Of a stretch of DNA of 64,000 nucleotides, positions 11,076 through 25,186 are shown one piece after another. Below the pieces are notes generated by a model. That model was not told the origin of the DNA, made no database searches, and saw only the letters and a list, made by a program, of their open reading frames with translations. The number at the start of each line of letters is the position of its first letter. Positions within the stretch are counted from its first letter, which is position 1. The position numbers and the translations under genes were made by a program. This DNA comes from Octopus sinensis (lineage: Eukaryota), in assembly GCF_006345805.1 (NCBI RefSeq), contig NW_021836134.1, positions 124,001 to 188,000 on the forward strand, read 5' to 3'.

Positions 11076-14000
11076 CTATTGGGATATTAGTAGATTAGGC
11101 AGTCCGTAACAACGCAGATTGTACACCGCATGCAGTCCGTATTCCCCCGTCGGACGCATTAGTCGGTCAAAGTCGACTTGGCCTTGTTCTGAACGTTAAA
11201 CTTCTCACTCACCATTCGAGTCCACGTTTTTGTTTTTTTTGGCAGAATGTCTGGCCTTAACTATTTCTTTGACGGCATTGGGCAGTCTTCTGTTTTCATA
11301 TCGCTGCAACAAGTAGGCCTGTCCAGTGGTTAGTCCATTCCCCAGCATATCTGGAATGGTCACCCTCTCACTACCATTCAGTAGCATATATAGTCTTGAC
11401 GAGTTTTCGTAGTACGAACTGCTGTAGGAATTGGACATGACACAGTCTACTCCGGCGAGGGAAAGAATCAGGGCGGTCTCCATCGACACTCCCAAACCGC
11501 CTTCCCCTTGTTTGTACACTCCCTTAGTCCTCATTCGATCAAAAATAAAAAAAATCCTGCACTCTAAGAGTGAAGAAGGAGAGTACCCTCCAAGTTGAGT
11601 GCCGAGATTGCATGGTGTGGGAGGTAGTCCTCATTTGCTGAAATCCGTAAAACACGAACGATTTGCTGTCCTCCAAATATATTTCCAACTCCCCCGGACT
11701 AGATTGATCCTTCCTCATTACCTGGCCACATGGTCGTCCCCCAGCACTCCCAACCAACGAGGAGTCAGAAAATGTTCATAATCCCGAAGGAGATGTTTGA
11801 ACAGATCACATGGACGAAATTCGTCCTGGTCTAAGACTATAAAGAGGAGACCACCCGTCGGTTGGTACTCGTTGAGGGGGTCCACCGCATCTAAAAATGA
11901 GAGGGCATAGAGAACATCTGATGCCCATGCAGTCCACTTTCTCGCAGTTCGGAGGGGTTTGTCTGCTTAGGGATGCCTTCAATAAAGCATGGGGACAACG
12001 ATTTTGGCTTGTTTGATGGACGTCTCTTTTATGTTGGGAATCCTCGACGGACGGAGAATGTCCTGCTTCCTCTTTTCGTTTATTTGTTGTTGGCCTGCTC
12101 GTCAATAAACTGTACTTTTCTCTTCTCTTTTGTACCGCCAGTGCAACATTTGCTGCGAAAAGTCCCGCGTGGTAGAAGAAGTGGCGGTGAGATCAAAGAG
12201 TGACTCAAACGGTGTGTCCATCATGACTTTGTCTGCCAGGAATACGACAACGTCACTTTCCCCAAAAAACTGTCCCTCTGGTCTACAAATGAAATGCCTC
12301 CACTGCCTCAGTAGTGACAGGAGAGGACGCAAATGAGACTCGATTAGGGCGGAGAGACGGCTCAGTTGGCTGTCCAGGTTGGCCGACAGTTCGGCCAGTT
12401 CAAGCATAAATTCCTTGTTCAACGTCTTGGGGTCTTTGGTGTCCATTTTGACCGCCTGTTTGTGTTCAAAAACGTAGACGGAGGTGTTGACAAATGTGGT
12501 ATATTCTTCTTTCGCACAAATCAGATTTTTCTGCTGGAGACGGGACAGTCTGACACGTGCGACAGAACAACTCAGTTTTCCTACTTTGAACATTCCGGTC
12601 TACCTTTCCCACTGCTCTTGGAGATGACTGCACCGTAGAGCCAGTCGCTGCAAGATGACAAGTTTTTACTTACTTGACGTGTTGCATAACCATTAGAGAA
12701 GGCGGCAGATCCTTGTATGGTCGAAGAATGACAAACTGATTTGTGTCCTCTGCCACGACTAGACATTGAATGGCGAGGATAACTTTGTACTCCATCAGTG
12801 CAGCCTCCACCTTCTGTAATTCAAACGTACAGTTGACACGGGAAAATATGTACAATTCGTGACACTTGGAACTTGTATTGAGCTTTTTCTCAAAAATATT
12901 TCTGATTTGGAGTAAACAAGCCAGTTTGGAGTCATGAGGCACGTGGTTGGACTGAAGGAGCACTTTCCTCATCCACAGAGAGGCTTTGGCACTCTATAAT
13001 AATAACCCGAGAGCCTAACTTGGAGAAGTGACACGAGCTGGGCAGTGAGGAAAGAGTCAAGACAGCCAATAGAGTCCACCAAGAGAAGACTGAGTTGGGC
13101 TGTGTCCCCTCCGTGTTTGATCGACCAGTGGAGTGACTGGAGGAATATTTCTGAGCCCTGTTTGAGCAGCCACACCGCCTTTCCGACATCTGTGAATGCG
13201 TGTTCCGTGACTTGTTCTGTCCAGGGGTCCATTTTTGTGGAGTAGTGAAAGGAGAGGACCAGACAGCGACAAATCAGGCTGAGACATCGACCTTGATTTC
13301 CATTTGTCCTCAAGGCAGAACAGGCCAGCACCAGGCTGGTCTCCCTCGCTGTTCTGGAAAGTCAAAAATGGGACTCCACCTATAGAACTCGCTCCACTCC
13401 TGTGTTTCCCGTGTGATGTCTACTCCCACCATGCAAAACCCCTGCCATTGACCACACAAACCAACATGGACGGTGGGGAGGTCGGTAGGACTTCTTTTTG
13501 GACTCCCTTTTTCAAAGACAGTCGACAAGAAGGAGAAGCAATCCAGAAGGAGGGAGGAGTACTCCATCTTCGCCTCCACTGCAAGGGAATGAACGATGTA
13601 GTTGCTTGTCTATCTAATTTACTCACCAGGGACATGCCAGTGAAGGTGGGAAAGTCGCCTCATTCCGCTGGAGGAGATGTTCCAGAGAAGTTATTAGACG
13701 TATTTGGTAGTGGAGTAACTGAATAGTACGACGAGACATACTTTGCTAAACACTCCCATTTCGCTGTCCGTTTTATTGAGTTGTTTCCGACAAAATAAGT
13801 GGAAAAAGGCGAGAGCAGTGAGTCCTTCCTCAAAACGTGATTTGTCAACGAGGTCAATCCCCAGTTCTGCAATGCTTTCGATATTTTCCGGAGAGTCGAG
13901 TGTCTTGAACTTGCTAGGAAAGTTGAGTATGTGAACTAACAGTATTGCAAGTTGGGCAATCGGGGCATCCCCTTGCCACTTGTAGTCCGCTGATACGAAT

Positions 14001-17000
14001 TCCCGAATGACTGACTCCAGCTGAGGATGGCGGTCTTATGCGAGTACCTGAGGGTGGTCTTGTCTCAAATCAGTCAGGAATATATTCAGGAGAAGTCGGT
14101 AGGTCATGTCTGAGTCCTCAATGCAATATCTCTGTTAATAATATTTAGATGATAACCATCGAGTCCTGGACGTATTCGAGGGCTCGTTCAATGTCCTTTT
14201 GGTAGTAGGCAACAAAGGCTTTCGCTGTCTGAATTTTGGAAAACAATTCTCGTGAATTTATTGCCTGAGTTGAGTAACGGAAATTACTTTTGCGTTCCGT
14301 TCTGACATTTCTATCAACTTTGTTGCGTCCTGGAGTCTTCCCTGTGTATTAGTGGACACTCCACTCACAATTTCGCAGAGAAAGTTGGCAATTTTTATAT
14401 CGGCGTCAATCGCGTTGTATTCGAGACTAGAATTCATCACCCACTTGTCAAAGGGGACGTCTTTTAATTTTCTCTACAAGTTCGTCATGTTTGGCAACCT
14501 TCGTCCCCAGTCTGGCCACGTTGGTGGTGTGTCTGTGGCAGTCAGGGAGGGACAGTACAGAATATGGTCATGCGTCAAGTCCAGAGCAGCCAGAGCAGAG
14601 CAGTGGAAGTTGTATGCATCCTGGTCCCGGAGTCGACTGCACAACTCGATAGCCCTATCCATGCGACAGTCCCCTTACCTGATTTTGGCCAGCAAACAAT
14701 ATGACTTGAACGAGAGCAGTTTTCTGGCCAAGGCATTCATGAGGACGAGAGCTGGCATAACCAAATCGAATAATCCCAGACGCAGGTTCATTGAGCAGTA
14801 TTTCTCAAGAGTCAAGAAGCATGCCAACTACATTAGTCAGTCAGTCCACCTCAACCCCGTCTGGGAAGGTCTCCGAGTTTATCACTTGAGAGGTTGTTTT
14901 GGGAAGGTTTTCTAGCATTTCTGAGGGGATTTCGAACATAAGCCAATCTTGGAGTTGAGAGGGGATTTTTCCCATTCCTTTTTTGACTTTTCTTTGTTCT
15001 AAATTGCTGGGGAGTAAAGAAGACTGGAGAGTCGGTTTGCTTGGGTTTTTTCGTCTTGGAGGACTGGTTCCACTCTTCGCTTTTGATGACTGAAATGGCG
15101 TTGGAAAGGTGAGTCTGGGTTTCTCAGTTTATATTACTTGGATTATTCGTGTGATTATTTGGTGAGCAGCCACGCAATGGGCTGACCAATCATCGCAGTC
15201 CGGGGACAAGTAAACACAAAATGTCACGTGTATTCGAAGGAAAGCCTCCAAAAAGCGCATGTTAGAGAAAATGGCCTTGTCGAATGTGATCATATCGAAG
15301 GATTCAAAAGTAGTGTCGATCAGCAACACCGGATGAGGCTCCTGATTGACTGGATCCTCGACTTGTTTGACCTTTTCTGGGGTCTTGTCCTTGTTTCCAC
15401 CCTTTGCCTTCTTGTCTTTCTTGGGAGCTGTTCAAATGAGGACAGACAATACTCGGCGGGGGCTGAACGGAAGGGCGGTCCTCGACCCTCCCAGTCAAGA
15501 GTGTGTCGAAAGCGTACGAGAGGAGGTCAAGGGCATCTTCCACTCGGTTTTTGGAAAAGCAGCAGTTACTGAATTGCAGAATATAAGTTATTTTGTCAAA
15601 CATATTTTTGGGGTCCTGAAAAACGAGGAGGGGGACTACTTTGATGCAGGAAATGGCTTTCTGGTAGCACTGCACTTGCGTCAAAAATACATTGGAAATT
15701 CCAGCCACTTGGTTCCAGAGGTGGGCCACCTGCCGCTCTCCCAAATCCTAAAATAAAATGTCCTCCCAAACATAGAATTTCTGCATGTCCATTCCACAAT
15801 CCATCTCCAAGTGTGCTTTGGCGACAATCCTGTAGTAGTAGAGAGGTCTAAAGCACTTAGGCACACGATATACGTGAGATATTTTGACTTTTTCATGTGC
15901 TGGAACGCCTTGTCCATTTCTTTCAAACAAGTAGTCCAATCTTCCTTGGAAGGTGACCCACACACTCAACTTTGGCCTGATAATTCTTGAAAAGCAGTTG
16001 ATAGAGTTTGGCCTGCAACATTTGGTCGCTCTTGCTCAAAAAGTCGTTCATTTCCGCCCGCCCTTTCCTCATCACACTTTCTAGTCGTTTTGGCGGAAAA
16101 TTGAGTGTCAGAAATAGTCCACATCTTTCATTTTTGCCCTAGGTCTGTCAGTTTGGAAGAATACCATTTTCCCCTGACTGTTGACGACGGCCTCAGTGGT
16201 CTGAATGACTTGACTGAGGCAGTGCAACAAGTCCTCCAATCTGCGAACAATCTGAGCATCTCCGATCGAGTCTCGTATGAATTTGCCCCCCAGTCGACTG
16301 AAGCAGTAGGCCGCATTTATCACAGAAAAATAATTGCCTGCCTCATTGCCAACCCTGCCTCATTAAAATCTCAAACTTGGCCGATTCGCAATAACAGTCC
16401 AAAATAGAGTCGATGGAAATGTGCTTTTTCGAGTCGACCGAGGCTGTCTTCTCATATGACATTCCTCGGTAAAGATGACTGGTAGACAATTCGACCAGGT
16501 TCGTCCTGAAATTTCTGTCGAAATGAGAAGGCTTTACTGAGTGCCGTGGGACAATTCCATCACCTTGTCAGTACAGGCAATGCAGTCCGCATACTTCCCG
16601 TAGTCATAAGACAAAATGGCCAGTTCCAACCACAGATGGAGGACAAAGCGACTATCTTGGATGGCATAGGAAGATAGCATTTGCTTAGCCTGTCCGTCAA
16701 ATGATTTGGCTACTTTGGAAATACTGGCATCCTTGAACTCGTAAATTTTATTTTGATTGAGGGATATCATCTCAATCATCGAAATGACCCGAATCACTGA
16801 CTGGACGGACTGTTTGACTCCTTCAGTGTCCTCAAACCCCGACGGTTGATGAAGGAGTTGTTTGGCCTGCATTCGAGTGCGGACGACCTGCTTCAACACA
16901 TCCAGGGGAATATCCTTGCTGTTTAGCCAACAGAAAATGCATTCGGACACCTATAATTAGTAAGGGTAGGACTTTAATGATGTTCTGTAAGATCTGGGTG

Positions 17001-19632
17001 TGTTCGGGGGTGAGCTGGGCACTGTTCTGCTTAGATTTCTCAAACTGCTGCAGAAGTGCTTTCATGAGAGCTTCCCCAAGGGGAATAAGTCGACTAGAAA
17101 GTGAGGACAGCCACTACCTGTCGTCCCGGATGAGGGAAACTTTGTCCCAACATGCTTGCAGGTAATGCAGCACTTGGTCATGTCTGTTTTCAACGAAAAA
17201 GTGTTTGAGGTGGTTGTAGACATACACTCCCGCGTTCACCATTACCCAATCCTCGTTGAGAGCCTCTCCGTAGCGAAGACTGGACAGGAAACAATCGAGA
17301 GCACTCGCCCAAGTTTTCTCCACCCACGCACTGTCGGGTAATCAAATAATATTCACACATGTAGCAAGTCCATCGGACATCGTCTGCATAGTCTTTGAAT
17401 ATGTAGTTCTGTGAGTGATGACTTACATCCTTTGGGACAGGAAGTAGATCCCCAATTCGCAATCCTTCCCCTGCGATCAGTTGGATTGTGGTCTATGGTT
17501 TAGTCAGAGGGCCAACTTCTCCACAAATAAAATTTATTTGGGCGAAGGTTAGCAATTGCGGGGAGCTCTCTTCTTGGCTTTTCAAACAATAGTGACAGGC
17601 TGCAAGACAGACGTCCCAAATTCCTCTCTTCCGGGCCTCTCTGGCCAAGTCCGCCCAAATCTGCTCAGTCAGTCCAAACCACTGCACCTGAACATGAGAA
17701 TTTGACGCTCTGTCTATCGTCGAGATACTCAGTTCATATTTGGAAGCACGTCGGTAAAGGGCGTCGAGTGTCTCTTCAGGGGTAGCACAACTTCCTTTGC
17801 CCCCCGCGACAAAGAACCCCTCCACCACCGTACTAAAGTCCCTCGGAGCCAGCAACTCCCCGCAGTGGAGAAGGAGAGAACGCGGATCATTTGCGCAGAG
17901 AACAGACTGGAATGACAGTTCCCCGTACTTGCTCGATTAACATCGTCGCCTCGTCCTCCGTCCGCGTCACTCGTTCGTATAAATTGGCCCGCAATTTAAG
18001 TCTCCACAAATACGAGTCGATCACCTCTCGAAACTGCTCGTGGTAGTCCAGTTCCCGCGCCTTTTCGAGGTGTTGAATAGTTGGACTGATTTTTTCCAAA
18101 TCGTCTTCAAGTTTGGCCAATTCAATGTGTATTCTACAGCGAGTTGCCATGTTGGGGCTGCTGTTCAAAAGGGAGGGGCACCTGCCGTATTTCTCGAGCA
18201 TCCCCGAGGCCAATTCGAGCGATTTGCGCACGTGCTTTCTCAGATTGGGTTGCAGCAAAGGGAGACAGAGACTCCACAAAGCCTGACTGGCAATGTCCAC
18301 CACTTCGCTTAGGGAGTTTCGGTGAGCCTCCAGGAGGATTTCATCTGCTTTGTGGAGTACTTGTAGATAGTCCTGGGGTTACTAAGACAGAAAACGTGGA
18401 TCAATTCCGTCGAGTAAAAGTGGTCGAGAATTGTCATCCTCCGCCCTTCCACTTGTGTTTTTAGACAGTCCAGTCTAAACTGATCTGGGAGACTCTGCCG
18501 AGGTCAGTCGCGGTATTCACCAGTTTGTGGGGAACATACAACTCTATAAATTTGTCCGCCAACTCGACCGCGTCCATTTGAAGACACAACCCCGTGACGT
18601 CGTGGAAAATGGGGAATCTGCCTTTGTGATAGGAACGTACGGGATTTTGGTTGGAGACATTTTTTGGAAAGCGACGAGTATTTTCTCGACTGTGTTCCCG
18701 AAAGATTTGTCGTTGCATTTGGCCGCTCTAGAAATATTCGTATTTGCCCACGTTTTGGCCTTGGATAGCATGTAAACGACGGGGTTGGCCTGTCTGACCT
18801 CGGGACGATCCACCAGTTGGTTCATGAACTAAAATAAAGGTGAGAACCCACCGCGATTGACAGAAAGTTGTCCATTTTATCTGGAGAGAACTTTTTGATA
18901 AATTGGTAGAGTTCCCCCGCCAATTTTGACGCTTCTGTCGACATAGAGGCGTCCAAGTAGCACTGCAGCAAAAGCCTGGATTATTTAAATGTCAGAAACG
19001 TACATTGAGAGGTCGCTCCTCCAATTGTAGTCCTTGTCCCTCGCGTCTTGAAGGGCCTTGACGACCACCGGGAGACTGGGGATCAACACCTTTTTGTCGT
19101 GCAGCACTGACTTGGCAAACTGCCAGTACAGAATAGAGGCATTGTAGATCACGTGCTGAAGTCTAGACTTGATTGGCACAGCTCAACTTGGAGGAATTGA
19201 GAGCCAGTTTGATGGCGTTGTGAAGGTGAGAAAATATAAGCTCAAAATTCGACTAAATTGTGAGTCGACTGCTTACTATTTTGTTGCTCAAAGTTGCGAA
19301 TTCGACGCTTGCAAGAGCCATGTGAGCTCGGCACGTCATTTCATCCTCGCCTATTTCTTCCGCGAAAAACTTGTCGAGGCAAGCGGAGGCGAGTTCGACA
19401 TTGTTTAACTGGCATGTCGACTACCATGTACCTTGAGGGATATCTCTGCACAGTAAACAAGGTAAGACGTGTCTGAGTAGGAAAGAGGCTGGTTTGTCAA
19501 CTTGGAAGAAATGATGGTCGTCTGTAGTAGTTCAAAAGCATTTCTCAAGAGGGAAATGTCCCCTGCGTTAACTCTCCAGGGACTACCTGTTTTCTCACTT
19601 TGCACAATACAAGTCCTGATTCGCTCAATCAT
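11076..19632 (-). CDS. CFAP46: Cilia- and flagella-associated protein 46 (TTC40; central-pair TPR protein), many micro-introns, internal exons not all resolved
   Basis: N-terminus SLLRNAFELL..YLVYCAEISLK..VIYNASILYWQFAK..LIPSLPVVVKAL..WRSDL; ALWSLCLPLLQPNLRKHVRK; VMVNAGVYVYNH; ADKVMMDTPFESL; C-terminus VYNLRCYGLPNLLISQ* (stop 11076-78). These fit CFAP46 as recalled. First intron 19563-19586 (24 nt). Confidence 0.88.
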
Positions 19633-19691
19633 TCGTATCCTTGGATATATTTTTATTTCAAATTGTATAAATATTTGGGATATCGCTGGTT

Positions 19692-20181
19692 TTACTCGTC
19701 CAGCTGTTTAAGCCCATGTGTAGAACATGCCCGCTCCAACAGTTGCATTCGAACAATCCATGAAGCACAATACCGCTTGGTCCAAAATAAAAAGCCATCT
19801 GCAATAGGCCCAATAAGAACAACCAGCGCCAACTCTGACTGTAAGAAACAACTGTCCATCTCGTATACTTGTTCAGGCTTATTTTATTAACTACCCGTAA
19901 CTTACACATGTTCAAACTTTCCACAGATAAACTATAGGTCATATAGAGTAACATAGTCGGCTGTTGAAAAAAAGATGTCTTCTTCAGCCACTCCATAAAA
20001 GAAAAATAGATGGACACACGTCTTCGTTTGGATTAGTTTCTTGATAACATGTTCTCTTTCTGTCTTGATCTTATGTGGCTGGCCCAAGCGAAATGTTAGC
20101 AAGTCGTTTTCGTCTTGCGGCAGGGCTATTGTTATTGTTGTACCCGTCCAGACTCATCAGGGCACTCAGAAAAAAATCCAT
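19692..20181 (-). CDS. Unidentified small protein (about 135 aa) with ~3 micro-introns
   Basis: Candidate GT-AG introns of 21-30 nt join MDFFLSALM / TLPQDENDLLTFRLGQPHKIKTEREHVIKKLIQ..STADY / FICGKFEH / PEQVYEMDSCFLQSELALVVLIGP..GLKQLDE*. Coding-like composition between two real genes; splice sites tentative. Confidence 0.5.
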
Positions 20182-20293
20182 TTTTGATTTTTTAGGTCAA
20201 GTTTATAATTGCCTTACTAATAAGCCCAATCGAGCATAAAAAGAAAAACAGCCACAAATTTATTAAGAAAAGACAAGGAAAAGCCGATTATTC

Positions 20294-20747
<454 letters not shown>

Positions 20748-22177
20748 GTGAGAAAATGTTTTAATAAATAATTTAAAAAACGTAAATTTTTATTTTTGTA
20801 ATTTTATAGGTTTTATTAAATTGCTTCATTTTTCGAATGCTATTTGATTATTTTCATTAAGATATTGATTTTAAAGATGTCCATATCACGTGATTATATT
20901 GATTTCATTTAGTCAAAGACCAACAAACTTCAAAGTGATTCATCTTCTTTTATCTTTATTTTTTGAACACATTAACAGTTATTTTTTTTGGCCATGCGAT
21001 GGCTTTATCTCATCTTTGACAAAAAATGATATTACAGAGGCTTGTTCTTCCAAACCTCAGAATTTGACTACAAAGTGGGAGTTGTTTTTGAGAAATCAAA
21101 AACTCATATTGTACCTAATAAAGTCTTATCATTAGAAAGTCGTGGATTCCTAATGAACTCTTGACTTATCTCCTCCTATCTACTACATACAACGAAAATT
21201 TAATTTGTAGGGGATTTTTTTATAAAAATATTAATTCTCTCAAATGACGACCAAAATCTGTAATTTTATCAGTACCGTAAATTTATCAGAAGAAATTGAT
21301 AAAGCACTAACACCATGTAATTTGGCTCTCTTATCATTTTGTACTTTAAACTCGTTAATCCCGGTTAAAAGTAATTAAGGAATGAATTAAAAGCAATTAA
21401 AATTCTTTATTTGTGTCAATTATTCCGACAAACAAAGAAATGAGAGAAAATCAGCGGCCTGTCAACTCGTCAAATAGAGAGCATAGTGGAATCAAATTTA
21501 TTGGCTGACTAATAAGCAGATCATTTTAATTAGTCCAAATAGTCAATAATTAATATTGAGCAGTATAATTCAACTGAAGAGAGCAGGAATCCTTATTTTT
21601 TGCAGTTTTGTTGAATTTTCTTAACAGTCTTGGATTGAATTTCACTAATGTTTATATTTCAAACTACAATTTTGTCTAATTGTCCAAAATGACCCACAAA
21701 GTTTCTTTTCTTATTCTTTTTTTCTCAATTTCTGCTGGAATTATTTTCACCCGATTGAGTCTCCGGGAATCACTGATTTACTCTGAATGTTGTATTTGAT
21801 CACATAATCAGGCCCATAAGCCTTTATCAGATATTTTTGTCGCATAGTCGCTCGTTCTTGTTTCATCTAAGCATTTAGCTATTTACTTTTATTTTTTGTT
21901 CAAAACGAAGTTCCTTTATCGCCTTCTTCTCGTCAATATTGGCAGATAAGCCAACATTTTCTTTTCTCAAAACACTTTTGGTCGAAATCTTTAAATAAAA
22001 CAAATATGGATTATTCTCCAATGGGTGAATGTTGAAAAAGCATTTCTTCAGTGAAAAAGACCACGTTTTAATACAAGTTGTTGATAACTCGGAGTTTTTT
22101 TCCTGATTTGTAGAAAAAAATGTAATTCAAAAGTTATTCTAAGTTTTGTTGGAAAATGTCTTCATAATCACGTTAGC

Positions 22178-25039
22178 TCAATGATCCTCGTCTCCTGGAA
22201 TTTTTCTCCTCTTGGGAGAGCTTTCCACCAACGCACCATCAGCACTTTCATTCTCCGAACACAAGATTTTCCCGTTTGCTTCATCCGAAGGGTCCTCGCA
22301 AGATTGATTTACCACTTCAGCCAACTGACTGGTTGCCGTAATGAATTCCTCTTGAGACGTATGGATTCCATGCCTATGTTCCACCACAATTGCCTCCAAT
22401 GTCTTCTTTATGACAAGTCCCTGAATGTACGTTCTTGTCGGGCCTTCAACGGATAACTTCTCCATATAGGCTTTGTAACACGTTGAAACCACCCCGTCCC
22501 ACGTCAGCACAATCGGAATAATTCGGACTGGTGCCCCGTAAAGCATCTTTAGTTCTCCAGCCAGCAAATCGTACTTATGCAGTTTCTCAACTTCGGTTTG
22601 TTTGAGTCTCTCCTGCGATGTAATCCCCACCTCAATTATGATGATCTCATTCTTCAATCTGTCATAGATAAAGATATCTGGCTTATTGAACTGAACTTGC
22701 GTATCAGTCAATATTGGCGTATCTACTCTTATCTCAACATTTCGAGTCGATAAACTAGATTGTACTGAGTGAGACTTTAGTTTCCCAGTTTTCTTTATTC
22801 CAAACTGTCTGCATACGTGCAAATGGATGCATCTAACAACCTCATTGTGCCTTCTCACATAGTCACTGTTTAGCATTCTGTTGCACCCTGTAGCCATGTG
22901 GTCTACTGTCTTCTTAGCTTTTTTGCAATGATCACACAGCGCACCACGCGCAGAAGAAAAAAACAAATTTCTATCTTGCAAGAGGCAATACAAAGCTTCA
23001 CTCCTTGGTGTATTGTTCCCTTTGTACAGCCACTCGCTAGACATTTTGAGGTCGGAGTTAGAGTCTTCCTTAAACCTGAACAGGACAGAATGGAGTGACT
23101 TGTTCTTTATTTTGTTGGACAAATATTGTACATGAGCCTCTCTCAGGGATTTGTCAGTGATAGATTGTTTATCAGTCAATCCGTATTTAGAGGCAAGAAA
23201 TCCTGCGATTGTCGCCATATGCGGTTTTTCTTTTTTAATAACCCGCAGGATCCCCGACCTCCTGAGACAGATAGCCGACTTCTCCAAGGTTTCCAGAAAA
23301 TGAAGCAGCATTAGTTCACTTTTAAAAGCAATTGATGTCAACCCCCTTCCCATGCACTTTCTTGAGAGGTATAGCCGCTCTTTATTGGCTGGCTTCAGGT
23401 GTATTTTCAGTGTTGTAAGTAATCTTCGTATTTGGAGATCAATATCGTCAAATTCGAAAGGTTCAATATTAATTAGCCCAATGTAGTAATTATATAAAGA
23501 CAGGGCATACTCGTTGATTGCTTTGAAGAGGTTCGCTGAGTTTAGTCTTGTCTTTGCTAATCCAGTAACTCTTTTTTTAACATTCTCGAGGATTGTCTCC
23601 AACACTTTTTGTTTTTGTACATTGCTTCCCCGGTCTTCAAGCACTCCTAGGTATCGATAGCCTTCGATTCCATCCAGAGTTCTGCAGCCCTCCAATGATT
23701 CTAGATTAGTCGCAGACTTCTGAGAGTTCATTTCAAGCCCCGCAACTTCAAAGTACTCAACAATAGTATCCATCATTTTAATGACAGTTTCTTCTTTCTG
23801 TGCAAGAATCTTTAAGTCGTCAACAAAAAATAGGTGGTTCGTAGAGTATGCCAGCATACTGGGGTCTTCCTGATCAATCCACAGCTTGGGAAATTTGGAA
23901 TTAAGTATTCTGCTCAGTGGATCCATTACCAGTACGAACAATTGCGGGGATAAGGCGTCTCCTTGTAGAATTCCACAATTCAATTTAACAGCCCGAATTC
24001 TCTTTTTCCCAAAATGAAGGCAAACTGTCCACCTCTCCACCAGGCTTTTAATAAAGTTGGTTATCCATAAAGGAATTCCCGAGCAGTCCAACACATGAAA
24101 CAGGAATTCGTGATCCACCGAATCGAAGGCTTTCTTAACATCCACCCATGATGCACAGAGATTATTGCCATATTCTCGATTTATGCACTGATTGATAAGG
24201 GCTTGTTCCTTAGCACCCTGACATTGTCTCCTCGTTCCCAATTGATTTTCAGAGACCAAGCCGAACGCATCCACATAGTCAGAGAGTTTGATGTTTACAC
24301 ATTTTGTCACAAGTTTATAGAGAGCAGGCATGCACGTTATTGGGCGCAAATCACGGGGATTTTCACAAACTTCTTTTTTCGGAATCATGTAAGTGACGCC
24401 AGTATAGAACCAGTCTTCAGGGATGTGTTCCTTATTAACTATTCTGTTCACTTCCCGACACAGGTATCCATGTAGTGAGTCAAATCTTTTGATGAAGAAA
24501 TTATACACTCCATCGCATCCACATGTCTTCCAGTCGTTGGACCACTTAATGGTCTGTTTAATGAATTCCTCAGTTAACTCCGAGGGTGCACTCTCGATAC
24601 CGGTGACCCTCCTGTCCACGAACCCAGCTGGCTTAGGAAGGTTCTTCTTGGACCAGACCTGCTTCCAGAATGACAAGCAATCATTGTCACTGAACTCAAA
24701 CTCAGCGAGCATCTTATCTCCTGATACTTGCCTATAAAAACTTTTCCGATTCAACTCGAAGCACCAGTTGTCCTTTCGAAATTCGGTCCTGGATTTATGC
24801 ATCAATATCTTCTTTTCTTTTATTCGAATCATATCTTGTATAACCAATCTAATTCTCACCAGTTCCCCCTTTTTCGATTTCTTATACCTATACGCACAGA
24901 GAGTGTCAAATAGCTCCTTCTTGTCGGCATTAGGTAATTCTTGTTTCGCATAGAGATTGACAAGATTTAATCTGGCCTGCCAAAGCAGAATGTGCTTTAA
25001 AACCGATTTCATAAATAAAAATAATATTTTAAAATTCAT
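22178..25039 (-). mobile_element. R4/Dong-type RLE non-LTR retrotransposon with an uninterrupted RT-zinc knuckle-RLE ORF, probably 5'-truncated near 24990
   Basis: 953-codon ORF: WKTCGCDGV, LRPITC, WVDVKKAFDSV, GILQGDALSP, HLFFVDDLK, YRYLG, RLYLSRKCMGRGL, CDHCKK..DHMATGC, RRHNEV, KPDI..IIEVGIT..KLHKY. It lacks the N-terminal region present in the relative at 43600-44300. Confidence 0.93.
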
Positions 25040-25186
25040 AATTGATATTTTAGAATAATGAGAAAAAATCTAAATGCTTCATAATTTATTAAAATGTCAA
25101 AAAAAGAATCTTCTGAAGGAGCATGCATGTCTGCACAGTTCATTTGTTTTCTTGATGATTAGAAGACCTAATTTTATCATTTTATC

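Noticed and set aside
11205-19632. Dozens of short ORFs on both strands as separate genes
   Set aside because: The minus-strand ones are exons of one CFAP46 gene; the plus-strand ones are antisense shadows.
22154-25085. AAATG(T)CTTCATAAT near both ends as a TSD of the R4 element
   Set aside because: Imperfect, AT-rich, and about 80 bp beyond the apparent end of homology; likely chance.
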